Both the position numbers and the translations under genes were made by a program. The notes beneath the pieces were generated by a model, which was not told the DNA's origin, ran no database searches, and was given only the letters and a program-made list of their open reading frames with translations. 15,536 nt of DNA. Origin: an uncultured Aminicenantes bacterium. Its GTDB lineage: Bacteria; Acidobacteriota; Aminicenantia; UBA2199. Shown here piece by piece: positions 7,815-14,875 of this stretch. Within the stretch, counting starts at the first letter, position 1, and every line of letters starts with the position of its first letter. The DNA lies in contig CBDAFS010000008.1 of the NCBI GenBank assembly GCA_965195285.1, positions 1 to 15,536 on the forward strand. The letters are read 5' to 3'.

Positions 7815-10064
7815 ATGGAAATATATCTCGGTGCTATTGTCATTCTGGCCTTTCTGGCCCTCTCCGACCTGATCGTCGGAGTCAGCAATGATGCGGTTAA
7901 TTTTCTGAATTCTCCGATTGGTTCCAAAGTTGCCCCCCGTTCGGTAATCTTGATTATTGCCAGTTTTGGTATTCTGGCCGGGGTCACCTTTTCCAGCGGT
8001 ATGATGGAGGTGGCCCGCAAGGGAATATTCCATCCCCAGTATTTCAACATGCCTGAGTTAGTGGTTATCTTTCTGGCCGTGATGCTGACCGATATCATTC
8101 TGCTGGACCTGTACAACACCTTTGGCCTGCCCACCTCCACCACCGTATCAATTGTTTTTGAATTACTGGGAGCAGCCGTGGCCATCTCCCTGATAAAAAT
8201 CGCCAAAAATGATCAGATGACCCTGGGTGACTACATTAATAATGAAAAGGCCCTGGCCATTATCCTGGGAATATTGCTTTCCATTGTTCTGGCCTTTTTT
8301 ATTGGTGCCTTTATTCAATATATCACCCGGATGGTTTTTACCTTTGACTTTCACCAACAGTTAAAACGATACGGGGCCATCTGGGGAGGAATTGCCCTCT
8401 CCTCAATTGTTTACTTCATTCTCATCAAAGGAGCCAAGGGAGCATCCTTCATGAGCAAAGACACGGTACTCTGGATCAAGACCCATACCATACTGATCCT
8501 GCTGGTTTCCTTTGTGGCTTTCTTTCTTTTGCTCCAGCTGCTTACCTCCCTGTTAAAAGTCAATGTCTTAAAGGTAATTATCCTGGTCGGAACCTTTGCC
8601 ATTGCCATGGCCTTTGCCGCCAATGATCTGATGAATTTTATCGGTGTACCCCTGGCTGGATTGAATGCATTTAAATTTGCCGGGGCCACCGGCAATCCCC
8701 TTCAGGCAACCATGGAAGTGATGCAGCAGCCCATTAAATCCGACACGCTTCTGTTGTTGCTGGCCGGCACCATCATGGTGGTGACCCTCTGGATATCAAA
8801 AAAAGCATCTACCGTATCCAGGACCGAAATCAATCTTGCCCGTCAGGATGAGGGAATCGAACGATTTGGTTCATCACCCCTGTCCCGAATCATTGTCCGG
8901 ATATTTACCTCTTTATCCAGAATCTACCAAAAAATCATTCCCAACAAATGGCATTCAATCATGGACCGCCGATTCGATCAGAAACAGTATCCCACTGTCC
9001 AAAAGGGTGATGAAGATGCGGCTTCTTTTGATCTGCTGAGGGCCTCGGTAAACCTGGTGGTTGCCAGCGCCCTGATCTCTTGGGCCACCTCCATGAAACT
9101 GCCGCTTTCAACCACCTATGTAACCTTCATGGTGGCCATGGGAACTTCCCTGTCAGACCGGGCCTGGGGGAGTGAAAGCGCGGTTTACCGGGTAACCGGT
9201 GTATTGACCGTGATCGGGGGCTGGTTTTTCACCGCCTTCATGGCCTTTACGGTTTCTTCTATTTTTGCCGTAGCCATCTATTACTGGCGGATTCCCGGGG
9301 TTCTGGGTATCCTTGCCCTGGCCCTGTTCATGATTTATCGAAACTATCACCTGCATAAAACCCGCAGCCGTGCCCACCAGGCCACTGAAATTTTCAACCT
9401 GAAGAAAATTTCCGATGCCGGCTTTGCCATCAATGCCAGCTTTGAACACAGCGGTTACTTTCTCAATGAAATCAATCAGACCCTGAATCAGAGTTTTGAA
9501 GGTCTGTTTACTCAGAACCGGACAATTCTGAAAATCAATAAAAAAGAAACCAAAAAGATTCAGAAATGGACCAATATCATTATTGCCAATATATTTAAAA
9601 CCCTTCGGCTGCTGCACAAACAGGATATGGTTCAGACCCAGGCCTATGCCCAGATCATCAATGCCCTGCAGGAAATTTCCGAAAGCCAGCGGGATGCCAT
9701 CCTCAGGGCCGACACCCATATCAATAACAATCACAAGGGATTGTTGAAAGTCCAGATTGAAGAATTGAGCCAGATCAGAAACTGCCTGGATGAGCTTCTG
9801 AGCAGAACCGCCGATGCCTTCCTCAAAGGGGAGTATGTGGATTATCAATATATCCGTTCCCGATTCAATAAACTCAAGAAATTGGCCAATGAATTTGATA
9901 AAAACCAGATCAAACGGATCCAGGATGAGAGCTCAAAAACCCGGCTCAGCATCCTGTTTTACGCCTTGATGGCCGACTGCATGAAAGTGGCCGAGCAAAC
10001 CCTCAACCTGCTGGGGATATTCCAGGAATCATTTATATTGAACAAACGGATCAAAAAGGATTGA
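7815..10064 (+). CDS. PiT-family inorganic phosphate transporter, long form with helical (PhoU-like) C-terminal extension
   Basis: Two PiT signature repeats (GVSNDAVNF, AANDLMNF), GLPTSTT and LPLSTT motifs, many TM segments. Soluble helical C-terminus of about 240 aa; the PhoU-like call is inferred. Confidence 0.85.
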   Translation: MEIYLGAIVILAFLALSDLIVGVSNDAVNFLNSPIGSKVAPRSVILIIASFGILAGVTFSSGMMEVARKGIFHPQYFNMPELVVIFLAVMLTDIILLDLYNTFGLPTSTTVSIVFELLGAAVAISLIKIAKNDQMTLGDYINNEKALAIILGILLSIVLAFFIGAFIQYITRMVFTFDFHQQLKRYGAIWGGIALSSIVYFILIKGAKGASFMSKDTVLWIKTHTILILLVSFVAFFLLLQLLTSLLKVNVLKVIILVGTFAIAMAFAANDLMNFIGVPLAGLNAFKFAGATGNPLQATMEVMQQPIKSDTLLLLLAGTIMVVTLWISKKASTVSRTEINLARQDEGIERFGSSPLSRIIVRIFTSLSRIYQKIIPNKWHSIMDRRFDQKQYPTVQKGDEDAASFDLLRASVNLVVASALISWATSMKLPLSTTYVTFMVAMGTSLSDRAWGSESAVYRVTGVLTVIGGWFFTAFMAFTVSSIFAVAIYYWRIPGVLGILALALFMIYRNYHLHKTRSRAHQATEIFNLKKISDAGFAINASFEHSGYFLNEINQTLNQSFEGLFTQNRTILKINKKETKKIQKWTNIIIANIFKTLRLLHKQDMVQTQAYAQIINALQEISESQRDAILRADTHINNNHKGLLKVQIEELSQIRNCLDELLSRTADAFLKGEYVDYQYIRSRFNKLKKLANEFDKNQIKRIQDESSKTRLSILFYALMADCMKVAEQTLNLLGIFQESFILNKRIKKD

Positions 10065-10083
10065 CCCCTGAACCGGGGACTAA

Positions 10084-10191
10084 TCAGCTATCCTTTTCTC
10101 TTTTTCTTATATATTTGATCAGCAGCTGAACTATCCAGACCACTCCCAGCAACAAACCGGCATAGACAATCCATTTCAGTATTTCAACCAT
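10084..10191 (-). CDS. Small 35-aa single-pass membrane protein (not in ORF track)
   Basis: MVEILKWIVYAGLLLGVVWIVQLLIKYIRKREKDS*. Strong SD GAGGAGG 5 nt upstream of ATG. One hydrophobic helix plus a basic tail. Confidence 0.75.
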   Translation of the reverse strand: MVEILKWIVYAGLLLGVVWIVQLLIKYIRKREKDS

Positions 10192-10236
10192 GCCATCCTC
10201 CTCAAAAATTCACTCATTTATACCCTCCCCTGCGCA

Positions 10237-11175
10237 TCAGGGGGCAAACACCTCCAGGGCGCCAGGGAGTACGGTAACCCGGCACTGGCTGACATTGCGA
10301 ATAATTTCCCCATCCAGTAGAATGTCAATGGCCGTGTCCATTGAAATATCAAACCGGCTGGAACCAAGGTACCGGACTCCATCCTGGTCCCGGTGACGAC
10401 CCTGATTCAGCCACTGTTTGAACCGCAGGGTCTCCCAGGCCGAAGTAGTATACAGGACCATGCAATCGATCCGGCCGTCAAAAGCGCTGGTTTCGTCATT
10501 CAGGTTGAGTCCATTGGCATAATAACGGGTGTTCAAGAAAACCAGCAGTGAAAAAGAAATTTTTTCCTCATTGTGATCTGAGAACAGGGTCAGGGTCAGC
10601 GGCACCTGTTTTCTGGCAAATGCCTTTAAAACCCCCAGGCCCCCGACTAAAACCTGTCCACCCGGCGTAAAACGGGTTAGCCCTCTGTATTTCCGGTTGA
10701 ATTGATCAACAAACTGATTCACCTCTGTTCCCAGACCGGCACTCATGCTGCCCAGAAAATAATAGCGCTGCTGGACACCACTGATTTCAACCAGGCCCAC
10801 ATCCATTTTCCTGATCTTTTCCCCAACGAGACAGTCACACAATGATTCCATCTTCTCGACACCCAAATCTCGGCAGACATCATTGGCCGAACCGGTCCCG
10901 ATTATTCCCAATCTCGGTAAAGGATGGACGGGGGTTTCATGATTCAAAATTTCACTGGCAATAATATTAAAAGTGGTATCCCCTCCAACCACTATAATGT
11001 CTTTATACCGATGCATGACTTCAACAGACATTTTCCTCAGGTCTCTCTCGCTTTCAGAAACAAACAGGTCATAGGGTATTCCTTTAGCTCTGAATATCTT
11101 TTCAATTTTTCTTTTCTTTCTGATTGATCTGCCCTGGCCGGATGAAGGATTTAAGAGGATAACTACTTTTTCCAC
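10237..11175 (-). CDS. Diacylglycerol kinase family lipid kinase (YegS/DagK/BmrU-like)
   Basis: NPSSG, GGDTT (canonical GGDGT), GTGSANDV, MDVG, NTRYYANG, DGRID, LDGE motifs. GTG start. Confidence 0.88.
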   Translation of the reverse strand: MEKVVILLNPSSGQGRSIRKKRKIEKIFRAKGIPYDLFVSESERDLRKMSVEVMHRYKDIIVVGGDTTFNIIASEILNHETPVHPLPRLGIIGTGSANDVCRDLGVEKMESLCDCLVGEKIRKMDVGLVEISGVQQRYYFLGSMSAGLGTEVNQFVDQFNRKYRGLTRFTPGGQVLVGGLGVLKAFARKQVPLTLTLFSDHNEEKISFSLLVFLNTRYYANGLNLNDETSAFDGRIDCMVLYTTSAWETLRFKQWLNQGRHRDQDGVRYLGSSRFDISMDTAIDILLDGEIIRNVSQCRVTVLPGALEVFAP

Positions 11176-11190
11176 ATTTCAATTATAACA
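11176..11190 (-). promoter_or_regulatory. Extended -10 promoter, probably leaderless, of the lipid kinase
   Basis: TG-T-TATAAT (11190-11182), then 6 nt, then the GTG start. No SD. Confidence 0.6.
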
Positions 11191-11249
11191 CAAACAAGCA
11201 ATATAATAAATAATATGGCCCGGGGCTTTGTGCCCGTTAAATAGCCAGG

Positions 11250-11291
11250 AAGATTTTCTTTACAACTGGAACCGGTAGGAAAATTTGATCA
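11250..11291 (+). repeat. 42-bp direct repeat, copy 1 (orphan duplicate of the DUF5916 gene 3' end)
   Basis: AAGATTTTCTTTACAACTGGAACCGGTAGGAAAATTTGATCA, identical to 12061-12102. Confidence 0.97.
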
Positions 11292-11317
11292 AGTAAAATA
11301 GGGACACATCCTATTTA
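11292..11317 (+). repeat. Left terminal inverted repeat (internal hairpin)
   Basis: AGTAAAATAGGGACACATCCTATTTA, with stem AAATAGG/CCTATTT and loop GACACAT. Begins at the first base after direct repeat 1. Confidence 0.9.
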
Positions 11318-11352
11318 ATTGATTCTCTTTAGATTTTATGTTGTAATATAAC

Positions 11353-12024
11353 ATGCCGCGTATTGCCAGAATAGTTTATGCGGGCTATCCGCATCATATA
11401 GTTCAAAGAGGTAATAATAAACAGACTGTATTTTTTGATGATGAAGATAGACAGGAGTATTTGAGGTTCCTGAATAAATACACTGATGAATGTGGATGTA
11501 AATTAAATTCTTATTGCCTGATGAAGAATCATATCCATCTTTTACTAAATCCTCAACATAAGAATTCACTCTCCAAAACAATGCAAAAATTGAGCCTGAG
11601 ATATACTCAATATATTAATAAAACATACAAGAGAACTGGCAGGTTATGGGAATGCAGATTTCATTCCTGTGTAGTGGAAAAGGAAGCATATCTTTGGTCA
11701 GTGTGTCGATATATTGAAAGAAATCCAGTTCGTACCGGGATCGTTAAAGAACCAATTCAGTACAAATGGTCCAGTGCAAAGGCCAACACTACTTTTGATC
11801 ATCAAAACAAACTGGTTGAGCCAATTTGGAAGGGTTATCTTGAAAGAGATGAATATAGCAAGTTTTTGAACCAGAGTGACGATAAAGACGAAATAGAAAG
11901 GATTAGAAAATCTACTTTTAGTGGAATACCTACTGGATCAGAAAAATTTATTCAACATATTGCAAAGGAATTGGGAATTTCCTTGAAGAGAAGAAAAAAA
12001 GGAAGGCCAAAAAAATCAGATTAA
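11353..12024 (+). CDS. REP-associated tyrosine transposase-like (RAYT, Y1_Tnp HUH endonuclease)
   Basis: MPRIAR..HHIVQRGNN start, YCLMKNHIHLL (HUH), GRLWECRF, catalytic Tyr in RYIERNPVR, YKWSS, basic tail RRKKGRPKK. Intact ORF. Confidence 0.93.
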   Translation: MPRIARIVYAGYPHHIVQRGNNKQTVFFDDEDRQEYLRFLNKYTDECGCKLNSYCLMKNHIHLLLNPQHKNSLSKTMQKLSLRYTQYINKTYKRTGRLWECRFHSCVVEKEAYLWSVCRYIERNPVRTGIVKEPIQYKWSSAKANTTFDHQNKLVEPIWKGYLERDEYSKFLNQSDDKDEIERIRKSTFSGIPTGSEKFIQHIAKELGISLKRRKKGRPKKSD

Positions 12025-12049
12025 TAAATGGGATGTGTCCCTATTTACT
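12025..12049 (-). repeat. Right terminal inverted repeat (internal hairpin)
   Basis: Reverse complement is AGTAAATAGGGACACATCCCATTTA, differing from the left repeat by one indel and one substitution. Starts immediately after the transposase stop codon. Confidence 0.9.
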
Positions 12050-12060
12050 ATTTAAATTTA

Positions 12061-12102
12061 AAGATTTTCTTTACAACTGGAACCGGTAGGAAAATTTGAT
12101 CA
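12061..12102 (+). repeat. 42-bp direct repeat, copy 2 (last 32 nt of the DUF5916 CDS including the stop, plus 10 nt downstream)
   Basis: Identical to 11250-11291. Encodes ..IKFSYRFQL* on the minus strand. Confidence 0.97.
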
Positions 12103-14725
12103 TGAATACATTGGTGCCGGAAGTAGAAAACATATTCCCGATATCCCGGCCAAATTGAAAATCCCCGGGATTGGAATCATCGGAACGGTTCTGGGTCCAG
12201 ACCAGGTAAAGAATGGAACCGGGACGAAATTCCCACCGTAAAACCATTGTACCCCGGAGTGATTTAAAATTGAAATCGGGATCGGACAGGTAAAACCCCT
12301 CGGCGGCTCCGGGGCCATCAGGCTCAATAAAATATTCTTCGGCTTCCCCGTCATAACTGATAGTAGAATTACCTTCTCCGTATACATTGAAATTGAAGGT
12401 CTCGGGCTGGGCCAGTTCCTTGAAACCGCTGTATTGTCCATTGGAAATAAAGGGCTGGAGATAGACCTGAAGGCTCAATTTTGGGGTAAAAGTCCAGTTG
12501 AAGCGGATTTCAGCATAAATGGTTTTCTGTTTCAGGGTGGCAAATATATGCCGGGTGCCGAAGGTTTCAGTCATCAAACTGTCCCCTATATTATCCACCC
12601 ACTGGGAAACCGAATCTTCATAGGCATAGCCGGGACCCAGAGAAACGGATATGTTGCTGGTGGGCTTTATCTTCAGACTCAACCTGGCAGTCCAGGAATG
12701 GGAACCGGCCGTATTTTCAAAGTAGGTCCCGAACACAGAACCTACCACTGGTTTTCGGTTATCGGTATAAAAATTGCACCGGGTGAAAACAAATGAGGGA
12801 TACAGCATCAAGGGCCCCCCGCGGGTAAGATTATTGGACAGGGCATCCGTATAATAGGCGGTCAGTATTTCACCACCCCAGTAATTTTTCAATTGACCGC
12901 TTCCAAGCAGGTAATAGGCCTCGCTGTTTTTTATCCCCCCAAAATCATAATTCCGGTGGGTGGCACCGATAAGCCAGGCAATTCTGAAAATTTTTCCGGG
13001 TTTCAGCCAGCGATATCCCAGTCCGATATGACCGTTGATAATATCACCCCTCCACTGAAAACCCAGGTCCGTGCTGTCAAATCCCGGGGAGATCGCCCCG
13101 ACCGCTGCATTGAGCATAATATTGCCCTTCTGCTTGTTCAGGGTAAAGCGGGCTGACCAGCCACTCAAGGAGGTGGCCTCCTCATCCAATTCCACATGAT
13201 CGGCATCGGGCCGCTGAAAGTAGTGCAGGGAAGATTCCTGAAGGCTGGTGATGACCTCGGTGCTTCCGGATACGGTTGTCCCGCCCAGCCATCCTGCCAC
13301 AACCCAGACTTTGTCTTCATCCAGAAATGTCCAGCCGTCTATGGCCAGGGCAAAGGCATTTTTATTTAAAAATGAAGTCAAATTCTCAGTTCTCAGATCC
13401 CGAATCACCGATGTGGCAATCAGGCCCAGCCCCTGCCTGCCCTCATTAAACTCCTTCTGGGTTCTCAGGACACCGTAGTAGGAAAAGGGTTCGACCTCTT
13501 CGGTAAATTGTTCACCGCCCAGGTCAATTTCTGCATATTCCCGGGAAGTCAGGGTATTTAAAAATCCCATTTTCCACCCCTTGCCGATTTCGCCGGTCAA
13601 TTTGGCAGCAGTCAGAATGGTGGTCCATAACGGTGAATCGGCATAATCATAATCCAGATTATCCAGGCCCTGGGGTGAACAGCCGATGCGCCGGCTGTAA
13701 AAAAAACTGGGATTACCCCAGTCAAAGCTCCAGAAATCCGTGGCCCCGCCATAACCAAAACGGAATATGCTGGCCCCCTCAATAAAGAAAGGCCTTTTTT
13801 CATCATAATAGGTTTCATAAGCACTCAGGTTGATCACCGCCGGATCCACTTCCACCTGTCCGAAATCTGGATTCACCGTGGCATCCAGGATCAGGTTGCT
13901 TTTCAGTCCGATCTTGAAATCAATCCCGGCATTGACCATAAAATCCTGACCCGAATCAAACGGATCATCCTCATCTTTAGGGCTGAATTCAGCCCTGCCG
14001 GCCATATAGGGCAGCAACTCGATATGGCGTCCGGGATGAATATCCCTGACCCCCTCCAGTAAGGCAAATTTAGATACATAACCACTGTCATCCTTGTTTA
14101 CCATCGCATACCACAGTTCCTCGTTCTTTCTTTTGATGATGCGGTGCAAATTGATGCCCCACACATATTCCGCCTTTTTTTTAAATCTCAACTGATGGAA
14201 AGGGATCTGCATCTCAACTGTCCAGCCCTGATCATCAATAATGGCCGCACTTTTCCAGATACCATCCCAGGTCTCATCATCCCACTCATCGTTATACAGC
14301 ACATGATCCATGATAGAGCCGGACGGGTTCACACAAAACCGATATCCGCTCCGTTTGTCAAAATAGGGATCGATGGCAAAGACAAACCAGTCAGAGTCAA
14401 CAAAATCATCCCGTCGTCCCAGGCGGTTGGTGATTTTATCCGGTTCGGAGTCAAACATGCGCCCGGCCACATAGAGGAATTTGTCATCATAGGCTACCCA
14501 GAAAACGGTTTTTTCAGTGGGAGCTTCACCTTCCTGGGGATCCCGCTGAACAAAATCCGTATATCCCTTTGTTTGCCATATTTTTTCATCCAGTATTCCA
14601 TCGATTTTTACCGGTTCGGTCAACCTCACTGCTTTCACCACTCTTTGATTACCCGCTTTCACACCTGCCGGAAACACTAAAAAATGAAAAAGAAGACCTG
14701 CCAGGCATATCCATCTAAATCTCAT
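12071..14725 (-). CDS. Exported protein with N-terminal CBM9-like domain and DUF5916-type C-terminal region (probable outer-membrane beta-barrel)
   Basis: Signal peptide. KIDGILDEKIW, YDDKFLYVA and GWTVEMQIPF (CBM9-like). TVNPDFGQVEVD, EKRPFFIEG and FYSRRIG (DUF5916-like). C-terminal alternating strand FMIKFSYRF. Confidence 0.8.
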   Translation of the reverse strand: MRFRWICLAGLLFHFLVFPAGVKAGNQRVVKAVRLTEPVKIDGILDEKIWQTKGYTDFVQRDPQEGEAPTEKTVFWVAYDDKFLYVAGRMFDSEPDKITNRLGRRDDFVDSDWFVFAIDPYFDKRSGYRFCVNPSGSIMDHVLYNDEWDDETWDGIWKSAAIIDDQGWTVEMQIPFHQLRFKKKAEYVWGINLHRIIKRKNEELWYAMVNKDDSGYVSKFALLEGVRDIHPGRHIELLPYMAGRAEFSPKDEDDPFDSGQDFMVNAGIDFKIGLKSNLILDATVNPDFGQVEVDPAVINLSAYETYYDEKRPFFIEGASIFRFGYGGATDFWSFDWGNPSFFYSRRIGCSPQGLDNLDYDYADSPLWTTILTAAKLTGEIGKGWKMGFLNTLTSREYAEIDLGGEQFTEEVEPFSYYGVLRTQKEFNEGRQGLGLIATSVIRDLRTENLTSFLNKNAFALAIDGWTFLDEDKVWVVAGWLGGTTVSGSTEVITSLQESSLHYFQRPDADHVELDEEATSLSGWSARFTLNKQKGNIMLNAAVGAISPGFDSTDLGFQWRGDIINGHIGLGYRWLKPGKIFRIAWLIGATHRNYDFGGIKNSEAYYLLGSGQLKNYWGGEILTAYYTDALSNNLTRGGPLMLYPSFVFTRCNFYTDNRKPVVGSVFGTYFENTAGSHSWTARLSLKIKPTSNISVSLGPGYAYEDSVSQWVDNIGDSLMTETFGTRHIFATLKQKTIYAEIRFNWTFTPKLSLQVYLQPFISNGQYSGFKELAQPETFNFNVYGEGNSTISYDGEAEEYFIEPDGPGAAEGFYLSDPDFNFKSLRGTMVLRWEFRPGSILYLVWTQNRSDDSNPGDFQFGRDIGNMFSTSGTNVFMIKFSYRFQL

Positions 14726-14837
14726 TTATGCTCACCTGCTTTTCCTTTTATTGAATTAAATTTATAATCATATAACGAAAAAAAAGCAAAAATAGTTTAC
14801 TGGAAAAAGATAAATCTGGAATACCGGCAACTTTTTT

Positions 14838-14866
14838 TTGGAAAAAATTGCCATATCCGTTATAAT
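14838..14866 (+). promoter_or_regulatory. sigma70-type promoter of the response regulator, with very short or no leader
   Basis: TTGGAA (14838-14843), 17 nt, TATAAT (14861-14866). ATG follows 9 nt later. No SD. Confidence 0.55.
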
Positions 14867-14875
14867 GAATTGAAG

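Larger units (their letters stand above)
11292..12060 (+). mobile_element. 769-bp single-gene RAYT/Y1-HUH element with hairpin terminal inverted repeats, flanked by a 42-bp direct duplication
   Basis: Lies exactly between the two 42-bp repeats, is bounded by inverted repeats and encodes one HUH transposase. AT-rich (18/60 G+C in 11401-11460 by hand count) relative to flanking genes. Confidence 0.85.

Noticed and set aside
10065-10078. CCCCTGAACCGGGG as a terminator between PiT and the microprotein
   Set aside because: The stem is only 4-5 bp with no adjacent U-tract. The position is suggestive but too weak to call.
954-10396. Many antisense or alternate-frame ORFs (e.g. 954-1418, 1835-2326, 2624-3400, 5174-5608, 6708-7547, 7778-8206, 9153-9848, 10190-10396)
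   Set aside because: They overlap well-supported genes and show no recognisable motifs.
11353-12024. Classical IS200/IS605 TnpA(+TnpB) element
   Set aside because: The protein is 223 aa with RAYT-type motifs (QRGNN, YIERNPVR, WSS). No tnpB is present, and terminal inverted repeats and a duplication are not IS200/IS605 features.
11250-12102. 42-bp repeat pair as a diversity-generating retroelement TR/VR pair (one copy is at a gene 3' end)
   Set aside because: The copies are identical with no adenine-specific differences, they are short, and there is no reverse transcriptase in the window.
11250-12102. Repeats as a CRISPR array
   Set aside because: There are only two copies, 769 bp apart, one is protein-coding, and there are no cas genes.
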